Below, piece after piece: positions 45,309-60,698 of a stretch of DNA of 64,000 bases. The position numbers and the translations under genes were made by a program. The DNA comes from Octopus vulgaris (lineage: Eukaryota). Each line of letters opens with the position of its first letter. Position 1 is the first letter of the stretch. The stretch spans positions 96,410,001 to 96,474,000 of the forward strand of contig OX597818.1 in NCBI GenBank assembly GCA_951406725.2. The letters run 5' to 3'. Below the pieces are notes generated by a model. That model did not search any database. It worked only from the letters and a program-made list of their open reading frames with translations, and was not told the DNA's origin.

Positions 45309-45546
45309 GTCTCCTCCCTCCTTCCCTCTCTTTCCTCCTTTATATATTTATATACCACCTCCTCTACAGGAAGTTCCTATCTTCTCCTCTCTGACTATAT
45401 ACCTCCTTATCTACTTTTAGTCTTCCGATATATCTCTATTTGTGTCTTTGTCTCTATCTCCTTCAATTCCCCTTTGTCTCTATATTTTCGTGGTTCTGAT
45501 TCACTTAATTTCTGTTTCATTCCTTTAATTCTTGTTTTGATTCCGA

Positions 45547-45584
<38 letters not shown>

Positions 45585-45779
45585 TGCGCATGCGTATGCA
45601 TACATAAATATATACGCACGCATGCACACACTTAAGTACCTGTATATATGTATTATCTTCTCTTCTGTTTTTCTAATTATTTAAATTCTTTCTCCGGAGA
45701 AGGAGCTGGTTTCTAACAAAGATACGATGCTCCATCGCTGGAATGTAGATGACAAAAACAATATCACATTTTAAATTTG

Positions 45780-47665
45780 AGAAAAGATTTACATATTTTT
45801 ACTGATCCACTCACAGACTGTATTTATAATGTGTGAATTGGTTGCTTTTTTTTCCTGAAAATCGAAGCTCATCCAGACTGTCAGATATTTACTCACTAAA
45901 CCAAGTGCACCAATTATTGTTGGTATAAAGGTAAATTTGTCATCTGGATATAGAAGCTGGAGATTTCAAAGCAGTTGCCCATAGTTGTTCTCTTTAGTCT
46001 TATATTTTCAAAGAGATATTCATATCAGTAGCACAGCTGACCTCTATGATGGTACATACTCTTTTTTGTGTTTCCCAAGCATCAATATCCGACCTGTTAT
46101 GCTTACGCATGACATATGTTTTGATGGGATTGCTTCACTGATATTTTTTCTGTTGATGTTTGTGTGCATATTCAACAACTGGGAGATTTTCTATATTTAT
46201 TTCAGAACTGTCTTTTTTCGGATAGCATTTTATATTGTTTTTGAGACAGCATTGTGTTGCATAAGGAGGTAGTACCTTGGTGACATTTTTGAGAAGCTGC
46301 TAATCACATGTGTGATGTCTTCCACAGAAACATGGCATAATCAACATTTACACTTGCATCTTGGAACTCTAAGGGATTCACTGTGTCTATTGCTTATTAA
46401 GTATTTAGTAGCTATCACCTGTTCTTAGATTGCAAATGCATAGCCTTCGAAGTGTGATGTAGCGGTCACGAGTCCAAGAGAGGTATCACTTTATATCATT
46501 ATTACCGTTTTCTTCAATGTATGGTCATTTTTTGGTATGCTGAGCGTTTTACATCCCAGTTTTCTTTGAAGGTATGTTAATCCGGCTGTCTTGGGGTTGT
46601 ATACTCTTTACTCTTTTACTTGTTTCAGTCATTTGACTGCGGCTATGCTGGAGCACCCTCTTTAGTCGAGCAAATCGACCCTAGGACTTATTCTTTGTAA
46701 GCCTAGTACTTATTCTATCGGTCTTTTTTGCCGAACCGCTAGGTTACGGGGACGTTAAACTCACCATCATCGGTAGTCAAGCGAGGTTGTGGGGACAAAC
46801 ACAGACATACAAACACACACATACATATATATACATATAGTCAAAAAGAGGGTGAAAAAATTGGATATTAATTTAATAACATCAATTTAAACACCAGTGG
46901 CCTAGCGTATAAAAGACTGAGATTCAGTAAATATTATTAATACACAACTATGAGAGAGAATCCACTATGAGGTCGCTCTTACGCTAGATATAGATCCGAT
47001 ATACATATATACGACGGGCTTCTTTCAGTTTCCGTCTACCAAATCCACTCACAAGGCTTAGGTCGGCCCGAGGTTATACTAGAAGACACCTGCCGAAAGT
47101 GCCACGCAGTGGGACTGAACCCGGAAGCATGAGGTTGGTAAGCAAGCTACTTACCACACAGCCGCTCCTGCGCCTATGAACATGGGAGATTATTATGAAA
47201 AGAGCGCTTCCTGAAGATCTCGATGCCAGCAGGCAGGATATTATTCGCTTTACCATTCAACACTAAGTATTTACTTTTGCTGCTGTTGATTAGCAAATGC
47301 TCTCAGAGAAAGACCATACGATGTTCGAAGGCTGTCTGTACTGATATCAAGCTTCTACCTTCTTCATCTCTCCTTAGGTAAAGCCAATCGATATCACTAT
47401 CCTTGTGGAGATCTCCTGCTACTGTCAGTATCTTGCAGGTTTTACGTCTATGGAGTGGATTTCTTCTACAGAACAGTCCACTATCCCAAATGTTGGAATC
47501 AGCACTGGTATTACAAATGTATTGTGGAATACTTTCTTGTTGTTATGGGACAGTTCTGAATGCCAAATTTTTCTAAGTCTTGTATAATATTCTCGGACCA
47601 CTCTATCTTTATTCACAGTATCTTCATATGATATATTTTCATCAATGCCTAAGTACTTGTAGCAT
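45780..47665 (-). mobile_element. R4/Dong-type LINE remnant interrupted by SINE A
   Basis: YKYLGIDENISY..NKDRVVREYYTRLRKIWHSELSHNNKKVFHNTFVIPVLIPTFG at 47425-47660. EDITHVISSFSKMSPRYYL and KHNRSDIDAW near 46070-46330. Confidence 0.8.
46603..47176 (-). mobile_element. SINE family A with an insertion of about 160 bp in its internal microsatellite
   Basis: Family halves at 46603-46838 and 47000-47176. The insert at 46840-46998 resembles 30634-30700. Confidence 0.88.
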
Positions 47666-47733
47666 TTTTTGTGTAAGACAATAGAGATAGTGCGACGTAT
47701 GTATGTACGTTATACACACAAACACACACTTTT

Positions 47734-47799
47734 GGTCTCATGTTAGGAAAAAAATTAAGATATTAAGATATTTTTCTTAACTTGAAACCATTGGTAGCC
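47734..47799 (+). ncRNA. Hammerhead relic followed by AATAAA and a (TA)n/(TATG)n array
   Basis: ggt CTCATG ttaggaaaaa..tttttcttaactt GAAA ccattgg TA gcc. Confidence 0.4.
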
Positions 47800-47872
47800 T
47801 TAAATACACAAATAAAGAAATTTTATTCACCAATGTGGTATTGAACACTCATTCTCGTTGTTCAACATCTAC

Positions 47873-48313
<441 letters not shown>

Positions 48314-48314
48314 G

Positions 48315-48580
48315 CACAAGGTGTCCCAGAAAAGTTTGCCTATGTTTAAAACTCTTCCTAAAAAATATTATTTCAGGTGATATTATCTACATTTTAGATA
48401 CAGGTCTGCGTATGTCTTTTGTTCATGTGTATATTGTTTCATTCGTCTATAACAGGTTTGTAAGCAAACATGGCGTCGAAAGTAAAACATGACCAGTTTC
48501 TCGTTTTGAAAACAGTGGGAGTGAGCAAAAAGGACATAACAAAACAGTTGAATGTGTGCCGTAAAACTGTTCAATACATA
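48315..48580 (+). mobile_element. Tc1/mariner-type left-end fragment
   Basis: TIR-like caaggtgtcccagaaaag and HTH-like KDITKQLNVCRKTV. Confidence 0.45.
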
Positions 48581-49090
48581 GAAACAATATATAAATGTAA
48601 TTTCGCACAATGCAGTGAGAATGAATTTTGAGTAGCCGTTGACTTAATTTAATTAACTTTAAGGTATCGATGACTTAAGTTTACTTTTAACCTCTCCATT
48701 CTTATAAAAAACCAAGTAAATAACTAACTCGTTTTGTTATCATGATTGCACCAAACCTCATGTGTACGTATGCTCACATTTTTGCGGATGCTTGTATGAG
48801 CGAGTGTCCTCGCGCCATGTAGCTTGCCCGAGTGTATTTATACATCCATACCTATTAACGTTTATTTTCTCGCTGGATTGCGTGTTCGTTTCTCTTTTTG
48901 TCATCTGCGATTTTATTTTTGATCTTCTATATAAATGAAGATATTTCCTCCGTCTGGCTGTTTTTCTCTCTACAAAATGGAAGGTTACATTGCGGAGCAG
49001 TCATTTTAACAAGTTGTATTTATTTATATATTTATCACCCAACGAGAAACATCTGCACCACCGGATGCTCCTGAACTAGTTGTTAACTGT

Positions 49091-49146
49091 CCTACTCAAG
49101 AGGAATCGATGCTAGATGTGTCGAAACAATTGTCGCGATTAATAAA
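49091..49146 (+). ncRNA. Hammerhead relic related to the 57.2-57.4 kb family
   Basis: CTCAAGA ggaatcgatgctagatgtgtc GAAA caattg TC gcga ttaataaa. Confidence 0.55.
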
Positions 49147-49742
49147 TTCTCGTATACTCCATCGTCTGTCTTTCATTTGTTATATACCTGACGATCACTC
49201 TGAGAGTGACCGTGCTTTACCAATAAGCTACCAGGTGTAAACCATATATATATATATACATACATATCTATATGAATGTATATTTATGTATATACACATA
49301 TAGAAATTATATATATGCATGTATATTTATGTATACATACATATAGAAATTATATATATATATATACATATGGTATATCTACGTATGTTTCTCTTGTTGT
49401 TTATCCCCACCACCGCTTCGCAACCGGCGTCGGCGTTGGTTTGCTTATGTCCCTGTTATCAATAACTTGCTTTCATTTGACCAAACGCGATGCCCCAGCA
49501 TGAACGTTGTCCAGATGATTCCAACAAGTAAAAGGGTATTTTAAAAGATATTGAATAAATGATGTGTATATATCTATATCTTATATGTGTATATATGTGT
49601 GAATGAGTGTGTATGCGTGCGAGTGTGTGTGTGTGTGTGTGCGTATGTATAAGAGTGTGTTTGTGCGTGCGTGTGCACACACATTTCGCCATACATCTAT
49701 TTTATGCATGTTTATATATATATGTATATATCTATCTATCTA

Positions 49743-49807
<65 letters not shown>

Positions 49808-49822
49808 ATTTATATATATGTA

Positions 49823-49861
<39 letters not shown>

Positions 49862-49890
49862 CTATTTATATATATGTAATATATACATAT

Positions 49891-50300
49891 AGGCACAGGA
49901 GTGGCTGTGTGGTAAGTAGCTTGTTTACCAACCACATGGTTCCGGGTTCAGTCCCACTGCGTGGCACCTTGGGCAAGTGTCTTCTACTATAGCCTCGGGC
50001 CGACCAAAGCCTGTGAGTGGATTTGGTAGACGGAAACTGAAAAAAGCCCGTCGTATATATACGTATATATATGTATGTGTTCGTGTATGTTTGTGTGTCT
50101 GTGTTTGTTCCCCTAGCATTGCTTGACAACCGATGCTGGTGTATTTATGTCCTCGTCACTTAGCGGTTCGGCCAAATAGACCGATAGAATAAGTACTGGG
50201 CTTACAAAAAGAATAAGTCCCGGGGTCGAGTTGCTCGATTAAAGGCGGTGCTCCAGCATGGCGGCAGTCAAATGACTGAAACAAGTAAAATAGTAAAAGA
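49891..50300 (+). mobile_element. SINE family A, full length
   Basis: A box tggctgtgtggtaag, B box ggttcagtccc, ccttgggcaagt domain, tail cagtcaaatgactgaaacaagtaaaa. Confidence 0.92.
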
Positions 50301-50306
50301 GATAAC

Positions 50307-50495
50307 AATTGCAGCGTGGAAGGTGTTTATACGCCATTTAAAAACACTCAAAAAACCGTTAGATTCACTTCAGCATTTAAATTTTATTCGTCAAAATATT
50401 TTCGTCGCATTGAGACCGCGATCTGTTCACTGACAAAATTCCGTGCTGCATGTGTGTTTCTGAAATGGCTTATAAACACCTTCTACGCTGCAATT
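50307..50495 (-). mobile_element. 190-bp element with 33-bp terminal inverted repeats enclosing a hammerhead
   Basis: aattgcagcgtggaaggtgtttatacgccattt / aaatggcttataaacaccttctacgctgcaatt. Confidence 0.75.
50390..50434 (-). ncRNA. Minimal hammerhead with compensatory G3-C8 core
   Basis: gtca GTGAACA g atcgc ggtctcaat gcgac GAAA atat TT tgac. Helix I gtca/tgac, AATATT palindrome. Confidence 0.7.
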
Positions 50496-50946
50496 ATTTT
50501 CGTTCCAGTACACGATCTCAGATCAGGTTACTTGCTATGCATGTGCATCTCCGTATATATATATATATATATATATATAATATGTGTAATACATATTTGT
50601 ATATAGGTATATGTTTGTCTTCGTCCTTCTCCATTCCACACCTGTATACCTATTTGCATAGCTCTCTCCATCACTCTCCATCTCGCTGCATCTTCTACAT
50701 CGATCACTACTCATCCTGTCTATCAATTTCTGCATCTTTTTCCTTTTCAACTCATCTTTCATAATTTCCCCCAGTCCCCTTCTCAAAATCTATTTATAAT
50801 TCTTACCCCCTCACTATTACTGAAGGCTACCTCCTCTTTATTATCTTAATATCATTCAACTGCTTGACTCGTCTAGTTTTCTTTTTTCTGCCTTTTGTTT
50901 TCTTCTCCTGTCATTGTTACTGTTTCACCTCATTTCCGGTTTGCTT

Positions 50947-51003
<57 letters not shown>

Positions 51004-51274
51004 TTTTCTCCATTTACTCACACGTATACGCACGCACACACACTTTCTCTTTCTCTCTCCCTTTCCTTCCGTCTGTTTCTCTCTCTCTCTCTCTCAATCT
51101 CCCTTTCTCTTTTCCAAACACTTTACTCCTATCATCCGTTCTATCGTCGCCATCATCATTGGTACTGTTATCATTGCCATTGCACAATCCTTCATGTTCT
51201 CTTCGTCGTTGTCATTCAATTCTACCCTCCTTCAGTTTTCTTCCTCCCTCCTTCCCCTCCGCGTCTCCACATCG

Positions 51275-53095
<1,821 letters not shown>

Positions 53096-53396
53096 CCATC
53101 ATTGTCATCATCATCATCATCATCATCATCATCGTCGTCGTCGTCATCATCATCATCATCATCGTCATATTTCTTAGTTTTCCCCCTTATTAACAACTCC
53201 TTTTACATTTTCTTTATTTCTTCTCTCTCGTTCATTTCCTTTCACCCGTTCTCTCTCTCTCTATCTCATTCTTTCTCTTTCACTCGTTCTCTCTCTCCCA
53301 CACACCCACACACTCTCTCTCTCACTCACACATACACACACACACACATACATGCACACACTCTCATTCTTTCCCCTACACTTTCTCTCTCATACA

Positions 53397-53451
<55 letters not shown>

Positions 53452-53452
53452 A

Positions 53453-53498
<46 letters not shown>

Positions 53499-53654
53499 TA
53501 CACTCTCTCCGTCTCTTTCACACACTATTAGTTTATTACTATGTCTTTCTTATTGACTTTCCATTACGGATCGGGAATTCCATTCGAAAGATCCCCATCA
53601 CCACCATCATCACCACCCCACCATCACCACCACCTCCACCACCAAATTTTATCA

Positions 53655-53880
53655 CTACCACTTCCACGAGCTAGCGTGAAAGATGCGGTTTCTGTTTTTA
53701 GAGGTCAAGGGAACCTCTACGTTATAGGTCACTCGACCTCTAGAAATAGCAGCCAAATATCTCAGAAAGCACCCTTTCCCGTCTGTCTTCATATGAAGGT
53801 CACAATAAGCAAAGTAGTGCCATATAAACAAAAAGACAAGATGGTCACGGCTAGAGGACCCTTGATCATATTTCTACATG
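53655..53880 (+). repeat. Old dispersed repeat; fragments also near 35000, 39230-39470(-), 44250 and 60870
   Basis: Shared words ctagaaatagcagccaaat and agatggtcacggctag..tttgatca. Confidence 0.5.
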
Positions 53881-53942
53881 TTCAGGATTGACCTGTAGCT
53901 AAAACAAATAGATACTACTATTGCTGCGACTACTGCTACTGC

Positions 53943-53976
<34 letters not shown>

Positions 53977-54379
53977 ACTGCCGCTGCTGCCGCTGCTGCT
54001 GCTGCTGCTGCTGCTACTACTGCTACTACTACTACTACTACTACTACTACTATTACCACCACCACCATCACCACCACACCAACACAAAGCCACCCCAGTT
54101 AGTACTTCCAAAGATAACTCCAGAAACCTTCACAAACGATCACAGAAGCCTGTATCTAACCCATCACCACCGCTATCGCAGCCACCACTACAACCACCTC
54201 TACCCTCAACACCACGCCCACCCGTCCCCCGTGTGTCAACGGGTTCGCTACCCTTATGATTATAAAATTGTCATTCTTCAAATCACCTCAACTGAATAAA
54301 TATATATATATATATATATATACGTGTGTGTGTGTGTCTGTGTGTGTCTGTGTGTATGTGGGTGCTACATATATATCTC

Positions 54380-54610
54380 TTTACTCTTACTCTAATTTAC
54401 TCCTTTACTTGTTTCAGTCATTTGACTGCGTCCATGCTGGAGCACCGCCTTTAGTCGAGCAAATCGACCACAGGACTTATTCTTTGTAAGCCTAGTACTT
54501 ATTCTATCGGTGTCGTTTCGCCGAACCGCTTTGTTACAGGGACGTAAACACACCAGCATCGGTTGTCAAGCGATGTTGGTGGAGGAGACAAACACAGACA
54601 CACAAACATA
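54380..54610 (-). mobile_element. SINE family A, 3' half
   Basis: tacttgtttcagtcatttgactgcg...ggagacaaacacagaca. Confidence 0.88.
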
Positions 54611-55137
54611 TACACACCCATATATATATATATATATATATATACCATAACACAAACCACCACACCTCATTCACCACCCATTATCACCATTATCATCACC
54701 ACCGTCATCATCATCATCAGCAGCAGCAGTAGCAGCAGCAGCAGTAACAGCAGCAACAGCAGCAACAGCAGCAGCAGCATCGTCGTCGTCGTCGTCGTTA
54801 CCATCATCATCACTTGCATTTTGGCCACCATTTTGCCATTACTGTGGCCATCATGAACAGAAACAACAGCAATAACAACAAAAATACAATTACCACCATC
54901 ACACAACCACCACTACCATCTCCACTGCCTCTACCACCTCCACCACCGTCGCTACTACCTTACTGCCGCAATGCCTACCTACGTACCTACCTGCCTGCTT
55001 GCGCCTCATCCCTTCCTCATCTGCACACACGCAGTCTCCGGTTGTTATTGAATGTCGGGAAACGAGCAAACAGACTGGCGAGGACTTCTCGCTCGGCACG
55101 GCGACATCGACAGAAACTGAATAATGTGGGAAAGCAA

Positions 55138-55161
55138 GTAACCAAGGCAACAATGGATTGG
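55138..55161. promoter_or_regulatory. Candidate RFX X-box next to an inverted CCAAT box in a CpG-richer unique island
   Basis: GTAACCAAGGCAAC at 55138-55151 and ATTGG at 55157-55161. Confidence 0.3.
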
Positions 55162-55400
55162 TAAAACACAACTTTACTTGCCGCTCTCAAAACTGTTTCG
55201 ATAAATATAGTAACAGATCGATCGATTTTGAACAAGTTAACGGTGAAACCCACACGCTTCTGCATTTACAAATATTGATATGAAAAGCCTCCACACTCAC
55301 ATATGCACTACACAAACTTTTACGCATACAGATGCACATACACACACATGTGAGGTCTATGTTTATATACATACATATGTGTGTGTGTACGTATATACGT

Positions 55401-55473
<73 letters not shown>

Positions 55474-55911
55474 TATCTATATGTATGTATGTATGAATGT
55501 ATCTATATATGCATATACATATATATGCATAATACGCATATGTATTATTCATTTATTCATGTATGTATATTATGCATAGCAGAACAGGCGAGGATCCTAA
55601 AGGACTCCCTCGACCTAGGGAATATGGTTAACTCTAGAACGAAGGTCTTCGGGCCGTGCTTTCATTTCAGGAAATTCCTGCTGGCCTACTGGAACCCACA
55701 GGATGGCATGGTCACCGGAGATCGATAGCCAAAGGGAGACAATCCCCTTCGTTTATATTGAGTAGCGAGGTCCTTTGCGCTTCCATATTCTAGAAAGGAC
55801 ACTCGCTAGATAGACCCTAAACCAACAGGTTTTGGGATCTGATGCTACGCGCTTATGGACATGAAACCTTAGGTAATACTATAAACCGGCCTTATCTAAC
55901 TTTAAGATACA

Positions 55912-56170
55912 TGTGGCTGTCTGGCGACATGGCGAAGGAGTTCTCTTCACATGCACATAGCTTCGGGATCAGGTTCACTGCGTGCCACCAGGGGTAAGTG
56001 TCTTTTACTGTAGCCTCGAGTCGACCAATAATTGAATTTGATGAATGGAAGCTGTGTGTGTGTGTCTAGAAGCCAGTATTAGTTTGTTTACGTTCCCATA
56101 ACTTAGGGATGTAATAAGTAACAGACTTAAAATGGTTTGCGATGATTTATTCAAGTAAATGTTCCAAGAC
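55912..56170 (+). mobile_element. SINE family A, highly degenerate
   Basis: cactgcgtgccaccaggggtaagtgtcttttactgtagcctcgagtcgaccaa. Confidence 0.65.
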
Positions 56171-56487
56171 TGATAGTGATAATATACATATTATTATTAT
56201 TACTATTATATATATTATAATATACACTGCATTATATATTATATTTTATACTATGTATACACGTACATATGCATGTTAAAGAGACATTTATTTGTCGCTG
56301 CAATGTAGAGCAATAAAGTGTTCCATGACCTGTTATGGTTAAGCGGTCAATTGCACTTCGAACATCCAATGCTGAGGTACCAAACAACCACAACGGTGAA
56401 ACGTGCATAGAGAACAAATGTTAGAAATGCCTTTATCATAATTTATGTATATATATATGAATCTATAGCTGATACATACCTGCATAC

Positions 56488-56983
<496 letters not shown>

Positions 56984-57009
56984 TATATGTGTGTATGTAT
57001 GTATGTATG

Positions 57010-57040
<31 letters not shown>

Positions 57041-57199
57041 GTTAATATTTAAGTGTTGGGTACGTTCCTAATACTACGCCGATAAAGCACGTTCTCTACC
57101 TATGGCTACCTGACATCATCCACGGTAATTACCCAATTGTCGCTGGATCTACATCAGGAATTATTTAGTGTACATCGAGTATAAACGATAGAGATTGGA

Positions 57200-57470
57200 A
57201 ACGGAATACACGTAAAACGTTATTGCTCACAACAATTGTTTCAATACATCTTGCATCGATCCCTCGTGGTTGGGAAGCTATACAACTAGTTGTGGTGCAT
57301 CCCTCGGTCATTAACATATTGTATTACACCCGAGATGCCCCTAATTACATCACCTGACGATACACTTCTACCTGAGTGCTGCAGTTTTCGCCAGCGAGTG
57401 ATCGATGTCGGGTGTGTCGAAACGATCGTCGTGACCAATAACGTTTCCCGTGTATTTTCTGCCTCTATCA
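57200..57470. mobile_element. Diverged fold-back element with two head-to-head hammerheads
   Basis: About 57205-57310(-), ..gtatt GAAA caattg TT gtga gcaataacgtttt, mirrors 57350-57455(+). Confidence 0.7.
57350..57434 (+). ncRNA. Minimal type I hammerhead ribozyme, near-intact
   Basis: tcac CTGACGA tacac..gtgtc GAAA cgatcg TC gtga. Only the first helix II pair is mismatched. Confidence 0.82.
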
Positions 57471-58062
57471 TTATATATATATATATATAGTCATTTCAAA
57501 TAAGCAAACAATTCAAATGAAAAACGTGTGTGTGTGTGTGAGTGCCTGCGTGCGTGTATGTATATATGTGCGTGATAATGTGCGTCCACGCAGATATGTT
57601 TAAGACACACAAATGTCTTTCGGAAGGCGGTATGACATGGTAACATGTACAGTCGTTTGCCCATTGTTTTAGGTGGAGTGTACTCGTTATAGACACCTCT
57701 CGGTCCTCCAAATCTTTACGAAATGGAACAAAGTGAAAGAGATGGATGAAAACAATGGAGCGCTATCACTTGGGTGATACTGATCTCAACAGAGAAAACT
57801 GGAGTAGCGTGAAATAAAGTGATTTGCTTGATGATTCAAAGCGCCGAATGAACGACCTTAAAATTGTGAACCCCTAAAATTCTATAAGACGGTGCTCCAG
57901 TTATGTCTGCAATCTAAATGACTGAAACAATTAAAAAATAAAAGATACATATATATATATATAATATACATTTTATATATATATATTGTATATATATATA
58001 TACTATGTTATATATATATATTCTATATATATTATATATACTATTTTATATATATATATATA

Positions 58063-58443
58063 GGCGCAGGAGTGGCTGTGTGGTAAGTAGCTTACTAACC
58101 AACCGGGTTCAGTCCCACTGCGTGGCATCTTGGGCAAGTGTCTTCTGCTATAGCCTCGGGCCGACCAATGCCTTGTGAGTGGATTTGGTAGACGGAAACT
58201 GAAAGAAGCCTGTCGTATATATGTATGTGTGTGTTTGTGTGTCTGTGTTTGTCCCCCTAGCATTGCTTGACAACCGATGCTGGTGTGTTTACGTCCCCGT
58301 CACTTAGGGTTCGGAAAAAGAGACCTATAGAATAAGTACTGGGCTTACAAAGAATAAGTCCCGGGGTCGATTTGCTCGACTAAAGGCGGTGCTCCAGCAT
58401 GGCCGCAGTCAAATGACTGAAACAAGTAAAAGAGTAAAGAGTA
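58063..58443 (+). mobile_element. SINE family A, full length
   Basis: ggcgcaggagtggctgtgtggtaag ... gcatggccgcagtcaaatgactgaaacaagtaaaagag. Confidence 0.93.
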
Positions 58444-59944
58444 ATATGCATACACTTTAACACAAATTTTGTATTCTGTTTAGATCAACATTCCACTTCT
58501 ATATCCGTGTTACGAATTTGAGTAATCAACTTTCCCGACACTCCTTTTGGCAATGATCTAACCCAATCAGTAACGGCCATTTCACTACATACTTTGATGT
58601 TCGTATTAAAAGCATCTGAGCCAAAATTAGAAACGAAATCGTTGCACTTTTGGCTCACGCAGAGACGTTCAATTTCACTAGTCAAATGACCTTGTCAAAT
58701 TAATGGGGTTGTGAGGTTATTATCAGTTAATTAGATCTCTTCCATTAGGTGCAAATCCATTTTACCGACAGACTACTATGAAATTAGTGTTCATCATAAA
58801 AGGCTAGGTTGAACGCATGTTGTCCGAAATGACACTGTCAAACAGTTTCATTCATATATCAGCATATACTATGACAGAACAAAAATCAATTTATATTGTT
58901 AGGAAATTATTATGAGCACGCAAAACAGCGAGAATCAAATCAATAAATGTTCATATTCATTCTTAAGACGTTTTGGTAGATTAGAACATGAGCAAGCTAA
59001 CTGCCGTTATACTTCGTCTTTGCAGAAAAAACGTCGCCTGTCAGATAATGTATGCTGACAGCGCACTCGATTCAGTGACGTAAGGAGACTGAGACACTGG
59101 TGTTTCGACATTGTTTTTTGCCTTCAGTCAAATCTTCTGGATATATTTATCTAAACAAGGTTTCTGGTTCTCGTTTATAGAATTTAGCAAATTATTTCAT
59201 GATGTGCGGTGATGTCTGCCATGCAGATAATAAATCCTCAAGAGCATGTAAAAGTGCTAGAATCAATTTATCAATCTATCTACATATACAAAAATATACT
59301 TACCAAAATGAATGGAGCATTGGTCAGGAGCAAATGATGTCATCAAACGGTATCCAAAGATCATTGCGTATTTCGAGCCTGAATTGTAACACCTTCCTGT
59401 TGGTGGGTCAGCAGATGTGGCCAAATCACTACTCATCATCACCTCCTGGCTTCCAGCACAGCTCCTACTTATTGCTCCATAACTAGCAAGATTACCTTTC
59501 TGCTGCCTCTCCCATCCTGCTCACAGTCACCCACAGCTCTTTCCTTCTCATCCCAATGGCCAACCTTAATTGGAAAAGCTATGACAGCCAACCTCAATTG
59601 GAAAAAACCTTGACAGCCAACCTCAATTACAAAAAGGCTATTACAGTCATCCCTTCTCCTTGCAATACAGTAAAGGGTTCTCGTATTTGGCATGCTTCAA
59701 TTAGTAAGTCTGACCCCACCCTATTTCCCACGGGACTGTAGGCTCAATCAAGATTATTTTCTCATTCTTTTCGGACCACAGAACATATGGCCTCATGGAT
59801 GTATGGACGACATGGGGGAACTGCAGTCTCTCCCCCAGGTCCATTTCCATATCGCATGGTTGGGACCCATGTAGTAAGCTGTCTTTTTGCTGCCCTCACA
59901 GGCTTTTTCATTCTTTCATGAATTTAATTGCCGCTGTTGCTCTT

Positions 59945-60135
59945 TCCTTTGTCTGTGTTGTCCCCCACCACCACATGGCAACCGGTGTTGGTGCGTTAAC
60001 GTCCCTGTAGCTAATCGGTTCGGGAAAAGAGACAGACACAATGAGTATCAGGTTTTAAAAAATAAGTCCTGGGGTCAATTTCAAATTGGTACCCCATCAT
60101 TGTCATAGTCCAATCACTAAAACAGGTAAAAGAAT
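59945..60135 (+). mobile_element. SINE family A, 3' half, degenerate
   Basis: caaccggtgttggtg..cgtccctgtagc..cggttcgg..aataagtcctggggtc. Confidence 0.7.
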
Positions 60136-60149
60136 GGCAACACTCCTCT

Positions 60150-60489
60150 TCACCTATTCCAAAGAAAACCAAGGTTATTTCATCTCCAAGGAATGTGACG
60201 GCTTTAATTTTAGGGGATGTAAAAGGCACACCATCTATGGAGAATACTATGCTAACTTTTTGAGGCAGTTACGAAAAGCTGTCATGACCAAGCACATAGG
60301 AAAATTGACAAAAGAGGTCTTGTTTCATCAGGACAATGCTCTAGCAAGCCAGTCTTCGGTCTCATCGACTGCTGTGTGTAACTGGCTTTGAACTGGTTGA
60401 TCACCGTCCCTATTCTCCTGATTTGGCACCATCTGACTATCATCTGTTCCCCAACATCAAAAGTCACTTGGCTGGAACTAGTATCGCAG

Positions 60490-60521
<32 letters not shown>

Positions 60522-60698
60522 TCATATCTACTGTCGATGACGTTTTGACCAACAAGATGAAAGCTTCTTCACTAATGGGATCCAAGCAGTGGAAGGAGTA
60601 TGTGGTCTGCAAAAAGGACTGTTGTAAAATAAACCTCATTTGATAACATTCCATTTGAATATCTTGTTCAATCTATGAACTTTTCAGCTGACCTTCGC
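60150..60698 (+). mobile_element. mariner 3' half with right TIR, same family as 25953-27682
   Basis: TIYGEYYANFLRQLRKA...VLFHQDNA and DHRPYSPDLAPSDYHLFPNIK. TIR ctatgaacttttcagctgaccttcg. Confidence 0.9.

Noticed and set aside
55575-55800. GC-richer hairpin-forming segment, possible HDV-like ribozyme
   Set aside because: Could not assemble the nested double pseudoknot by eye.
58485-58685. 66-aa complex ORF on the minus strand / splice-acceptor-like site on the plus strand
   Set aside because: No recognisable homology or splice donor context; plus frames close quickly.
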